A stretch of DNA of 64,000 nucleotides from Octopus bimaculoides (lineage: Eukaryota). Location: positions 64,785,322-64,849,321 of the forward strand of contig NC_068982.1 of NCBI RefSeq assembly GCF_001194135.2, written 5' to 3'. Position 1 is the first letter of the stretch; every line of letters starts with the position of its first letter. Below the pieces are notes generated by a model that saw only the letters and a list, made by a program, of their open reading frames with translations, was not told the origin of the DNA and did not search any database. Position numbers and translations under genes: made by a program. Shown here one piece after another: positions 1 to 54,666 of the stretch.

Positions 1-24
1 GTAAGGCGTTTAGTGTAGCAATCA

Positions 25-41432
<41,408 letters not shown>

Positions 41433-41600
41433 AACCTAACGACTAGTTAGTAAATGAAACGATTCCACATGCAGTAAAAGACAATATTCCAATTAGAAAT
41501 ATTGGCGATTTACATACATGTGAACATCATAGATTACACAAAAAAACTATGATGCGGAGCCACCTAGCGGACGATTGCGTTGGATGAAAGGAAAAAATTA
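41433..41600 (-). promoter_or_regulatory. Probable KDM1A 5' UTR / proximal promoter
   Basis: Immediately upstream of the ATG; local CpG-richer patch at 41550-41590 (gcggagccacctagcggacgattgcg). TSS not determinable from sequence. Confidence 0.35.
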
Positions 41601-43884
41601 TTTCAAGCATGAAATAGTTTCATTTAACTTTTACTGTCATGATACCTAAATATAAAAAAGAAAAAAATGTGTGATTTTCAAAATTAAATTGATTTCTTAA
41701 TATTTTTTTTTCATTTAAATTTGTTGTTTCATGCGCATTCTTTGCTTATCTCCCCATAGTTTCAAAATCAATGTTGTTTATTTATTTTTGAATTATTATA
41801 TAATTGTTTTGATGATAACAAAAATTTTCAAAATGATATAACATTGATAAATATGATAATACGAAATATTATTTGAAAGACTCCTTTGATCTCATAAAAA
41901 TGTTGTTGTTGTAATTTTTATAATCTAATTTTTAAAAATGCAAGTTGACTTATTTTTAAAAAATATTCTATGAAAAAGCTATTTAAAAGATATTGAAGAC
42001 TATGATAACAATTCCACAAAGAAAATATATAATCTCAAATTCTAAAACAAATTTTAAGCAAATCAAATTTATAGCATTTCTGTTCTTCCATACAATGGTT
42101 TTAAAAATCATAGTGGTCCCCAAAGATATTTTAAATCTGTATTTCAAAGTGTTGTAATTTTAGTTAGTGCATTATTTTAAATCCATGTATTTATAAGTTC
42201 TCTTTTAAGTTATATATTATCATTAATTTATGGGTAAATGTATAAAAGATCTTATACTTATCATTTAGAATTGTAGGTCAAGTCGAATGTTCGTTATTGC
42301 GAAGACAAAGGTTTGGTTTGATCTAACATGTTTCATCTTTATTTTACTATCATATATTTTAGATGCCAATAACATTGACGACAGTATTCTTTCAATGCAT
42401 ATGTAAAGCATAAATGAAACATGTTATGTAGTTTTAAATGAATTTTGTTATAAATATTTGGGTCATGATCTGCTGATGGAGTTTGAATACATTGACGGAC
42501 AATAGTCCGTCAATGTATTAAAGAGATTTAACAAGATCCTACCATGTTAATGAATAGGCTTCACCAAATGGTCAGGTATCGGTGTTGATAATAGACACTG
42601 GGATTCAAACTTAATGCAACTAAAGGCATTGTGATTGATGGAAAGTAAACTATTAAGGAATCGGTTTGGTAGAATCGTTATCGTGCTGGAAATGCGTTGC
42701 GGTATTTGTCCCGACTCTCTACATTCTAAGTTCAAATCCTCTCGAAAACTTTGCCTTCAATCCTTCCGAGGTCGATAAAGTAAAGTATCAATCAAGTACA
42801 GGAATCAACGTATCCGTTAGTCTCTTCCCTACAAAATTGCTGGTCTCGTACCTAGATTAGAAACAATATTCATACTTAATGCCTCAAGAAAATATATAAA
42901 TAAATACATTCAAGTGTTTATTGGATTATATGGAAAAAAATTGCTTCTGTTATCCACCTGTAACAAAGTATCAGCTTAAAATTGAACCAAGAACTGGTGA
43001 ATCTATGTAATCCTTCAGCGTGTTACCCCACTGATTTACCGTTTTAAACAATAAGAACACATTAGATAACGCAATCCTAGATATGCTATACCTCCGAAAG
43101 TAGGACAAAATGGCTACGTCTAGAATACCTCTGATTATATATAAGATAGAGATCATTGCATATCTAGAGGCTAAACAACAACAATGATAATCCTTTCTAC
43201 TACAGGCACAAGGCCTGGATTTTGTAGGGAAGGGGTAAGTCGATCACACCGACTCCAGTACTCAACTGGTACTTGATTTATCGACCCCAAAAGGATGAAA
43301 GGCAATGTCGACCTCGGCGGAATTTGAACTCAGAACGTAGCGACAGGCGAAATCCCGCCAAGCAATAATAATAATGATCTTTGTTCTGATTCTCATCATA
43401 GCTATCAAAATTTGTCATGAGGTTTGAAACATATATTTCGAATAATTGGTTTTAAATAAAATTGTCTTATTTCAAATGTGACAAAATACCATCATGATAT
43501 CATTAGTTATCGAGTAAAATATTGAACTCGTAATTATGGAACGTGGAGTCTTCCCTTATGCACATTTCTTTTATGCTAATTAGCCCAGTTCTTTAGATGT
43601 GTGCGTACGTGCCATTTACGCTGATGTCAAATTATTGCGCTTTTTGTGTTCCATACATTTCCTTGTGTCAAGCCAAATGTCTTTGTCATCATTATTACTA
43701 AATTTTATAACAATCACTTGTTATGTTGATGCCGATACATATAACTTCCTTTTATTATAATTTTGCGTTCCTAGCTATTTCTTGTTATAATTGTTTGTAA
43801 GTTTCTTATTTCAATGCTTATTCAAATGTGAAATATATATTTAAGATGAAATACCATTATATCTTTGTTTTCTTCTTTTTTTGT

Positions 43885-44245
43885 TTCAGTCCTTGGACTG
43901 TGGTCATGTTGAGACATCGCCTTGAGCAAATCCCGCAGTATTTATTTCCTTTTAAGCTTGGTACTTATTCCATCATTCTCTTTTGTCGAACTTCTAATTT
44001 ACGGGGACGTAAACAAACCAACACCGGCTGTCAAGCTACGGTAAGGGACAAACAACCTTAAAGATATACTACATCTCCGCCAATATATACACATATTTAC
44101 GATGGGCTTCTTTCCAAATACACTCACAAAAGTTTAAATCCGCCTGGGGCTACAGAAGAAGGCACTTGCCCGAAGTGCCACTTAGTGGCACAGAACACGG
44201 AACCATGTGGTTGGGAAGCAAACTTCTTACCACATAGCCACGCCT
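43885..44245 (-). mobile_element. tRNA-derived SINE
   Basis: gtggctatgtggtaagaagtttgcttcccaaccacatggttccgtgttc head. Confidence 0.8.
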
Positions 44246-45599
44246 GAAAATTCACAAAATGAAAACTTTAAAACGTGCTGTCTCGACAAGGTATTTTCAT
44301 TTTGATTACAAAAAAAATATTGACCTAGGATCTCAAACCACACAGGTACCAGCCACAAGTTTAAGAGAAAGAGAGTCGATTAAACTGACTCCAGTACTTG
44401 ACTGATACTTTATTTTATCGATCTCGAAAAGGTGAAAGGGAAGTTTGATCTCGGTGGGATTTGAACTCAGAATTTGAAGAACTGAAAAATATTACAAAAC
44501 ATTTTGGCTGTCGTCCTAACGGTTTTGCCAATCTACAACCTTTCATTTTTAACAACTTATGTGAATGCACTTCCAACTGAAACTTGAAAATAGGTCGTGA
44601 ATTTCATTTCCTATGGATTGGCTCTTATTTTTCTTGAAGTGTGTTTTTAGGCTCTTTACAAGATGTAGGAGTTCAATTTGGCTCATCTCAAAGTGAATCT
44701 GTCTACCGTAAACTAAAGAAAATAAATTGTTACAAAGCAAGTACTTAGAATGCAAGCAGTTGGTGTTGTTCAGTTTCTAATTTTTTTTTCCTCGTAGAGG
44801 ATTTTAAAAAATATCACAGCCATCGCTTATAAATAAATCATGTAATTCATTTTCATTTGATATCTAAGAGTTTCATCGAAGAAAAACAAACAAAAATATC
44901 ATCTGATATCAAGATCAGCCTCCAACCTCTTACAAGGATGATGACAAATTCTAAACAGGAATCGACGAAACTTATCTTTTCATGTAGTTATTCTTGCAGA
45001 ATGACTCCTATTACTTTATTGTATATTTGTGATATTGATAATGGAGCAAAAATGAATGCATATCAGAAATATCACCAAAATTATTTAATATATCTAATGA
45101 TGATCAGTGATTACAAAAAAATGTTAAGGTATTTTTTAAAGTGACTTTTAATAAGCGATGTAAATTCAACAACAAAACAAAACACTATTATGAGGCCTAC
45201 AAAGGAATGGCAACGCAGTTGTGTGACTTACAACAAATGACAGCTGAATCTCCCTCAAACTACACCCAACCATCTTACAAAAGAGAATAACGCACTGGAT
45301 GTGTGCCTAAAAAGACAGGGTGGTAACAGCTGGAAGATTTGTAATCGTAGGTCTGCTGATCAGTGTTGACCTAGGGCTAAATAACAACTACTGACTTAAG
45401 CTGTGTCTGTTGTAAGTCGGCCACTGTCGTCTTAATAGTCAGCCAGTGTTATTTTTTACCCTGAGTCCGAGTAGATCTACAGTCAGGGGTTTCTAAATAT
45501 GACCATCCTGTTCTTTTCTCTGGCATTGCTTATCCTGGAGTACATTGTCCACTCCTCTCTTTTCAAGACAATAGTGAACAATTTCAACGAAATTTGGTT

Positions 45600-46080
45600 G
45601 ATATTTCTAAACGTTTTACTCATCTTGTAGGTTCCAACATTGGCTTGGAATCACAATGGGAGCAACAAGCCCAGCATGCAGTGTAAGACTTGCCATTGGG
45701 TTGATTTAAACACAGCACTGAATTCTGACTAAACATCAATTATGTAGTGTTCCAGCTGCTTACAGATGTTACAATTTCAGGTCACATTTGTGGATTGGAC
45801 CATTAAAACAACTTTGCTATCTACATGATGCAGCTTTGGTGAACAAATATGAACAGTTATAAGAGAACTGGTAATGGAAGGGAGTTTGAGACTGATGTCT
45901 TTGCTAAGGTTATCAATGTCCCGAAATCAGAAACTGCAATTTATTGTTAAAATATTCCGATGAAGAGCTAGGTTCTACTCTGTAACATTCACTACAATGC
46001 AAGGGCAGACTCAAAGATCAGTGCCTGAGGGGCATTTGTCCCACTCAAGAAAAGAAGTGTGTCCTTCTAAATAATGTTAT
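45600..46080 (-). mobile_element. Degenerate RTE LINE 3' RT remnant
   Basis: Weak C-terminal RT motifs with many stops. Confidence 0.4.
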
Positions 46081-49000
46081 TATGCCCTTTTCTCCTGGAA
46101 TTGTATTCCCTTCTGACCTTGTGCCTTCCCTTCAAAAAATTCCTGGGAGCACGCCTGCAATGTGCATGAAAGAAGGCAACATTATTGGAATATTATCGAT
46201 GATGCCCAAAAGAATAAAATTGCAATGTTGACCTAAGCAACATTTGAACTCAGAAAGGGAAGGCATTTTATCCGACGTTCTAACAGTTATTACAGAAGGT
46301 AGTGTAAGACATACATTATAAGTCAGACCATACTTTAGTGGGTTTTTAACCCACAAATTTAATATAATGTTTGGTCATTCTTCGATAGCTGATAGAATTA
46401 ATCCAGTGAGGAACAACAACTCATGTGAGATTGTGAAGACATGAGGAATTTATTCCGATACAGAATGAGAGTATTTACATAGCTTGTACATTATCATTCA
46501 ATAGAACAGAATGAAATTTGAATAAGGGAATGTTTTTGTCTTGCCATATTTCATGACTGGTGAAGGGGATTGAAGAAAATTCAATCAACAAGAAGTTGTC
46601 TCATAGCAGGTACAGAGATGGAGAACACCATAGGTAGTATACAGGAGAAGAATGTGACGTGTCTGTGCATGTCTTTTTATAGATAGGTAATGAGTACCAC
46701 TTAGTTGCTAGCGATATGACAGAGGAGATAACTACAATTACGCAATGACTTAAGATATCAGAAAGCATATTGTATATCAATTAGTCTAATCAAATTTTAA
46801 TAATTTGATCAAGAGAACTCATGAGTAAATGAGAGAAAAATAAGAAACCTAATTGTTTATATAGAGTCGAATCGAAAGATTAATGAACAAAAATTTTAGT
46901 AAAATGTAATAAATGTCAAGCAGTAAAATGAGCAGCCACATCTGAGTGGCAGATGAATGTTACTACTAGTTTAACCCCAGGTGGATTCTCCACCAGCTAG
47001 TTTTCAGTGCAAGTTCTGCACCCTTATATACAATACATTGCTAGCAGGGGAAGTGAACCCCTACTACTCTCCAGTAGCTGACAAGATCGTGGGATCAGCC
47101 AGTTTTGAGCTGGTTGGTCAAAGTCTCTATATCACCTCTCCTATTTTCATTACCCCAATGTCCCTTGAGGGCATGTCCTGACATCTCTGCCATAATCTCT
47201 CTCCCTCTCTTTATCTTAGCATCCAAATCACTCTTTTTGTTTTCCAACTGAGGTATCCATATATCTACTCTACAACAAGACACCTATATCTGTCCTCTTT
47301 ATATCTTAAATCCTCCAACTGACACAAAGCCACACCCACTCAATACTACTCCCAGTTAAGGATTTTATGTTTTATAAGTTATTTGACAGCTCTGTTGGTA
47401 CTGGTTCCACATATAAAGCACCACTGTACTGGTTCCACATAAAAAAGCACATCCTGATGCCACGTAAAAAGTACCCAATATACTCCATTAAAAGGTTGAT
47501 AGGAAGGGCATCTGGCTGGAGTAGCCATGCCAAAACAGACAATGGAACCTGGTGCAACTCCTGGTTTTGCCACCACCTGTCAAACCATCCAGCCTATGCC
47601 AGAAATAGAAAATGGACATCAAATGATGATATATGTGTGACTGTGTGTGTATAAATATATATACACACACAGGAAGTTTTCATTATTAAGATTATTCAAT
47701 TAAGTACTCAATAAAGTTGAGCATAGAGTTTACATATCTTTATGAAAATATTCGCTTCTTCTTTGACACTCATCTAGGAGACAAGAGTCTAAGTCAGAGG
47801 TGAGGTATCTACTGTTTGAGTCTCCCTGTTTTAACATCATTCAGTTGTAAATGCCACACAAGCAGTGCCTTCCAATCTTCTCTAAAAATATATCCATCCA
47901 TGGGAACATATTGTATTGCTTTGAAGCAGGACACCTGGTCTTAGAAAATTTTCCTTACTGAAATCTCTCTGACCTGTGCAGGCATGGAAAACTTTACATT
48001 AAAACAAAACACTTTTACAGACACACACATGCATGCACATGCACACACACACATGTACGTATATATGTATCTCAAGTCGTTAATGAGTGGCACAGGTAAC
48101 ATGTAATTCAATACAAACTGCTGAATAGTCAGGTCATTGATGACTAAAGTGACAATCTAACTGAGCTTGCTTAGTAAGGAGAGTGATTGGACACCCTGCA
48201 GAAGGTAACACAAAACCTATCAAAGTCAGTGGCCATCCAATACTGTGCACACAAGCTTAATCCTCTTGTTTCTCAGGGACAGCAGTAGTTCCTGCAACAA
48301 TCATTGACAAACTGGTGACTTGGGTACAGAAAACGCAGTAGTTGTGCAGAGGATTGACACATTTTCAACAATGGGCATGCACAACAGGTTCAGTCAGTGG
48401 AGAACTGTGAGAATAAGAATGTAGGCATGGTGTACCCCATTACTGGAAGTAAGTGATGTCCTAATTCTTGTTAGGACATCACTCTTGGAGAAGGAAAACT
48501 TGGAGCTTGATGGCAGCAAATGATGTTGACTAGTTCTTCTTTTTGAGGTATGTTATTGTTGTTCAAAGAGTGGGATTGATTGTGTGCAAGGTTTAACCTC
48601 ACTTTAAAAAGCAGCTTGGCATATTGGCATTGTAATTATCATGGACCAATTCTGAAACACTTCAAGCAATGGCTATATTAAAGAATGAGGAAGCAATTGT
48701 TATGCATTTATGTATACCTGTTGGTTCTACAAACTAGGATTTCTACTACTTGTCTAGTAGTACTGCAGGAATCTCAGTCCTTATTATATCAAGGTATTAT
48801 GCTCTCTCTCTCACACATGCATACATGTGTGCACACACACACACATGTGCATATAAACATCATAATATTCATCTCTGCTGTATTCCATAATTTATTTCAA
48901 AGTTTCTCTACAGTTGAACGTCCTTTCTATCATCACCAATCACTAACTGACTTGGATAATTAATGAATTGGGACATAACTTGAATATTCAGATGGCATTT

Positions 49001-49679
49001 AATACTTTAATTTCTTAAACACATGAATCTCATCACTACCAGTGAAAATGAAGATTTTTTTCTTGTTTTCTAAATATATTTTGCTTTGTAGTAGTTTTGA
49101 TGTGCAAAATACCTGTAAGAAGGTATTAATCTGAAATTTTGACTTAATACAACAAAATTATTGAAAATAAACTGTATTTGATGACTCACTACCTCTTCCT
49201 CTTTTTATTTATTCAAGGCTTTAGTCATTTCCAGCAATTAAGTCATCTTTTATATATTGAGTAAGAAAATACTGCTATATATTCTAACGATTTGCTATAT
49301 TTCCAAAATCTCAGAAATCTTGGGCTATTTCATGTTTTTCATGAAGAAACTTTTTCTTTTTACTGATTCAGTATAGTATTTTGTCAATCTGAAAAGAAAA
49401 AAAAAGAGTGTATGGGAAGATGGATGAGAGGTGGGGAAACATACTGCCAAAATTGTTGAAGGGTGAAACAAGAGCCATAAGCCAGGGAAGATGGAAGGGT
49501 GTATGAGAGTTCGGGTGATGAGTAGCACAAGTAGTAAAGATGATATGGTTGCTGGTGGGGAGAGAACAAGAGAGATATGATATGGTTGGGTATTCTGTGG
49601 AGACAGGCATAATGTATGGAGAGGAAGAGAGTCACTGTAACAGTTGAACCTAAAACATAGTGTTTTCGGAACTGTTTTG

Positions 49680-50290
49680 CTGAGAAGGGCACATTATTTT
49701 GAGAATCTCATATCACCAGAGATTCTGGTCTTTTGTTATTTAGAATCCTGAAATCAGCTTTCACCACTTTATCCCATATCTTCCTCTTCCACAGATTCCA
49801 GCCACATTAAGCAAATGGCATTTCTTTACACAGCTGTCCTCATCCATATACATCACGTGTCCAAACTAAAGCAGTCCTCTTTCTTGAACACATCTGATTT
49901 CTCTTGTACCCAGCACCTTTCTACTAATTCTTTCACATACACATATATTGCACATCTTAAGGAGCATGCTCACATCATTTTTTTCCAGTCATCTTAATTC
50001 TTCTACATTCAAGCTCATGTCTCACTACCATGCAGCATTGCAGTTCTAACACAAGTATCATACAATCTGCCCTTCACTCTTAGGGAAAAGATCTTTGTTG
50101 TCAATAGTGGTAATAGCCCCCTGGACTTTCTCCAACCAGTTCTTACTTTAGCAACTATACTTTCAGAGTAATTATCCCACTCACTAATTACATCTCCTAG
50201 GTAGCAAAAGCTAGCAATTACTTCTAATGAGCAATCTGGGCATTTAAGATACTCAATTTCAGGAGTGCTCATATGTACTACTCCAGTGCA
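49680..50290 (-). mobile_element. RTE LINE 3' RT remnant
   Basis: LEVIASFCYLGDVI, GWRK.R.LLPLLT, SLRVKGRLYDTCVRTAMLHGSETW. Confidence 0.85.
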
Positions 50291-50988
50291 TCTACCACAT
50301 ATGAAGCTTACATTCTCAGATTGTCTGCTAGTGATTCCACTACATCTCTTGTGTATCTAGGTGTATTATTGTCTCCTTGCCTTGACATTGCAGGAGAATT
50401 GTAAATGAGTGTTACCATCATACAAGTAATATCTTTCATTTCTAGTCTCCCATGAAAACATGTCTGGCCATGGGGAAATATTACGTTATTTGGAATCAGA
50501 TGAGAGTTGATAACAAGAAGGGCATCTGGCTGTAGAAAATCCACCTCAACAAATTGTCTGATCTATGCAAGCATGAAAAAGTGAATATTAAATATTAAAA
50601 ATCATTCTCAAGGATTTGGCTGGAACTTAGCTCTTTTGTTTATTAAACATACCCAGTTCTTCAATACCAGTAAATAATGTTATTTATTTTTTGTTTTAAT
50701 GTATATTAATCAATAAAAGTCTTTGATCTGAGCAAATCACTCTTGGCATTTGATTAATTATTTTGCAAGATTACTCTCAGTATATCTCTTAATCCATGTT
50801 AAAATATATAAAATTCTGCAACAATTAACCAAAAAAATTGTCTGAAATAAAATATTAAATTTTAATTCAGTGTATCCACTTACAATGGATAACCTAAACT
50901 CATAACTCCTACTTAGTTATTAGGAATTTAATGTTAACATTGTATATGCAAATAAAAAGCATCATTCAGGCTTGGATGTTGCTGAGTT

Positions 50989-51097
50989 TACTGTGAGGTA
51001 ACGTAATCAAACCACCTGGTTTGATGACACCACCTAGTCTTTAGCGGTGCTTATAGCATAGTTTACTCTGTTGCAAGCATTCACTCCAGATCACCAG
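50989..51097 (-). ncRNA. Candidate H/ACA-like structured RNA, copy 1
   Basis: Hairpin, AGACUA (ANANNA), 16/17-paired hairpin with three G-U pairs, then ACA; no family match recognised. Confidence 0.35.
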
Positions 51098-51192
51098 TTT
51101 GATTATTAACCATGTAAAATAAAACTACTTACAGCTGTTTGGCTTGTATGCTAACAGTATACACAAAACAAAGTGTGATATTGTAAAATTAG

Positions 51193-51314
51193 GTATGTGG
51201 ATGATAACCTTAACACACCACCTAGTTTCATATTGCTACCTGGTACATGTGTACTTTTAACAGAGTTCACACTGTTAAAAGCATTCAAACCAAACCAAGA
51301 GTCCAGTACTGCCC
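51193..51314 (-). ncRNA. Candidate H/ACA-like structured RNA, copy 2
   Basis: 12-bp hairpin, AAACUA (ANANNA), short hairpin GGUGGU/AUCAUC, then ACA; paralogous to copy 1. Confidence 0.3.
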
Positions 51315-51847
51315 ATATTTTGGCTGCAATCACTGACCTGCAGATATTCAGGCTGGGTATTAGCCAAATCAATCCCACCAGTATGGGAAATCTTGTCCTC
51401 TCTTCTCTTGACTAAATTACTTTTTTAAGGGATTCTTCTATCACATAATCTAGTACTGCAATATTCTATCACATAATTCTTAACACCCTATTACATATCT
51501 CTCAGCACACTATCAAATGCCCTAGTCCTCCAATACAATGTAATATACCCAAGTACTCCAAAACCCAGTCACACATTCTCCTACTCAATACTTAACATAC
51601 TTAGTACTCTGATACCCAGTTATATTACATAACAATACTACAGTATTCTATCATGTACCTTACTATTAGATCAGCTGGTCACATACCTTGTAAGTTATAG
51701 ACTTACATAGAATAGTTATGGGTATGACTGTGTGAATACATAGCTTACTTTGTTACCATATGGTCTCAACTTCCAGCTAACAGCATGGCATTTGGGCATC
51801 TTTCACTAAAGCGTCAGGCCAACCAGTACCTTGTAAATAATTTTGGC

Positions 51848-52292
51848 TTCAAATTTTGGTACAAGGCCAGCAAGTTCAGGTGAGGGTTAAGTTGATTACA
51901 TCAATCTCAGTGTTCAACTGGTACTTCTTTTATCTACCCCAAAAAGATGAAAGGCAAAGTCAACTTCAGCAGAATTTGGACTCAGAATGTAAAGATGGAT
52001 GAAATGCTGCTAAGCAGTTTGCCTTGCATGCAAATGATTCTGCCAGTTCACCACCTTCTTTGTAATATTAGTTGACAGATGGCGGCAAGCTAGAAGAATC
52101 ATTAGCATGTTGGGAAAACTGCTTAGCAGCATTTTATTCATTTTCATGTTCTGAGTTCAAATTCCATTGAGGTCAGCTTTGCCTTTCATCCTTTCAGGGT
52201 CAATAAAATAATTATCAGTTGAGTACTGGGGGGGTCAATGTAATCAACTTATACTCTTTCTCGAAATTGCTGGCCTTGTGCCAAAATTTGAA
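51848..52292. mobile_element. Two copies of a ~210-bp SINE in head-to-head inverted orientation
   Basis: Arms 51848-52055 (-) and 52081-52292 (+); other copies near 13190(-), 32845(-), 39293(+), 42670(+), 43190(-) and 44330(-). Confidence 0.85.
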
Positions 52293-53737
52293 ATTAATAT
52301 TAGTTGACGGAAATTGTAAGGAAGCGTATTTACATTCCACATGAAAACCATTGAGCAAAAACTGATGACAATTACCCAACAATTTGACTCTTAGTTCTGC
52401 TCTTTTGAAAACAAGTGGAATGAAAACATTCATAACTTGAAAGTAGATTGGTTAGCAACAAAAAGATTATCTGGCTATAAAACAATGCCTCAATACATAT
52501 TTGTCCAACCCATGGGAAAACAGACATAACAAATACATTTTAACTCTGATATCCAATCCACTCTTACTTTTCTCCTCTTTGATGAAACATGTGACTGAGC
52601 CCAAAACATCAGACCTCTTTCTTTCCCCACAGTAACTGCATTTATTTTAACCAACACTCCACCTTTTATCAAATATTACGGAAAACTCAGCTTAATACAC
52701 TCAACTTTATTTTTGATATAATTTTCTTCTACAGGATTATTTTTACCAGTGCAAACCTGTGATAAAATAACCCCAGATTCTGGATCACACATGAAAAAAT
52801 ATACATGTTTCTCTCATTTCATGAACATTTAGCATTAAGAAAGATGCCCTTTGTGAAACATTTAGGAATGCCATAACAAAAAGAAAAAGAAAACAAATGA
52901 GTATAGTAGAACAAAAAGGGAAATAAATAATAATAATATTTATAACAGACAGCAATATAATACCTCGGTTAGGATTCAAGACTGAATCTACAATTTTCCA
53001 CATTGTCAAAGAAGTTCTTGGCCTATTGTCTTTGGCCGATTTGCACTGAAAGATTAATGAGAATGAATTCATTCTTATCAGCCCTTTCTCGAGACATTCA
53101 CAGGTCAAAGCAGATATAGAACCCTGTGGTTTTTGGTTGACCAAATGAAATTACAAAAATTATAAATACACAAGCAAATATCAGTTGATCTCTTTCAGCC
53201 ATCTGATCTGGCCAAGGAGCAAGTTTCCTCTTTGGATTGACCTATTCCATGATCAAAGACCAACTCATCTCAGTATTTTGATCAACATACAAAGGTAAAC
53301 CTCTTACTGTCTCTATCTGCATACATTCTTTTTATTCTGTCTTTCTCCCTAGCAGTTACAGAGATTAAACTATTATCATACAGAATGGACTGGAAATTTA
53401 CAAATAAGTTGTGTACACAAACAACTTGAAGAAGTTGTATATTTCTTATATAATTATGACAATATTATAATCAACTTAATAAATGGCCATATTAATAGTC
53501 AAATAATATTATTCATCAATCTTTTTTCTAATGAATCTTTATATATATATATATATATATTTATGTAGTTTTGGATCTCATGAATTTATTTCCAGCATGA
53601 CTCAAAATATTCAGAATACTCATATTATAGAATTACAGGGCTGTTAACAAAAGAAATGGGATTTATATCAGTTTACAGCTACTTTCAGTAAATGTATGTA
53701 CTTACATATAGTCTATAACATCTCAAATTTCCTTATT

Positions 53738-54042
53738 CTAAAACAGTCAATATGAAGTGTGTCCTCTTTAAACTTTCAAAAGAAAAGGAAATGTATGATG
53801 ACTACTCACATTATGCCCATGTGTCCACCTCCTATTTATTCATCTAATATTTTAATTGTTTAAAACAATCAAAATATTGATATTTTAAATAGGATGGTCA
53901 TGGCAGGAATGCTTTTGTTTATAGGTCTACTCAATCAGAGCTTAGCTAATTCTAAACAATAATTTGTATGACTCTAACATACAAGTAGAACCATTACCTT
54001 ATCAAGAAAGATTTACACTCACTGACCTCTCATCACAGCAAT
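53738..54042. repeat. 305-bp segment duplicated exactly at 55426-55730
   Basis: Base-by-base identical by eye. Confidence 0.92.
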
Positions 54043-54666
54043 AGATATGAACCCTATAATAAATGTTGTATATCACAAAGACTGGGTTTTCATTTTAGAC
54101 AAGAAAATAATCCTACCCCAAAGGCATCCTACACAATACCATGCATAAGTTTGCCTTTTACTAGATTTTACTTTCACACTTGGGACAATGCTCCTTATAA
54201 TTTATAAGCTAGACAAAGAAGGAAGGATAGTGGCCATGACCTTCACAGGCTCTCAGGTGATGGGAGGAGAAGAGTCAGGTGTGCTGAGAGGGTCTCTAGA
54301 TGGGTTGGGTATGCAGTTATCTAGTTCAAAAGAGCAAAGACCATTGTAGTTATCATAAAAGAAGCAGAAAGAGAGAGAGAGAGAGCAGCATGGCTGTGAG
54401 CTAGATAGAGGTTGTAGCATATTGATGATTGAATCTGAAGATTGAATGTCGTTTGCTTTTTTTTTTTTTAATGCTGTCTAGGATGTTTGTTTCGAAAGAG
54501 CCTAGTTTTGTGTGGTTCTTCATTGTGGAACCTTTTTGAAATATGAAGAGAGTGAGCAACTAATGAAGTTGAAATATTTTCTTCCTACAGAGAAGAATAC
54601 ATTTTATGATGTAGCTTTTGTGATGTTATATATATGAGAGGTCATTGTAAGAGATCATCAGAAATT

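Noticed and set aside
51151-51378. 75-aa minus-strand ORF over the paired elements
   Set aside because: Differences between the two paralogous blocks often fall at second codon positions and the other copy is frameshifted, so no coding constraint.
51430-51700. Repeated tattctatcacataat motif
   Set aside because: Only loose low-complexity repetition; no definable unit or CRISPR-like spacing.
52490-52670. Possible third H/ACA-like element
   Set aside because: Stems are weak and the ACA lies in a fragment resembling the repeat tail (catgggttggac).
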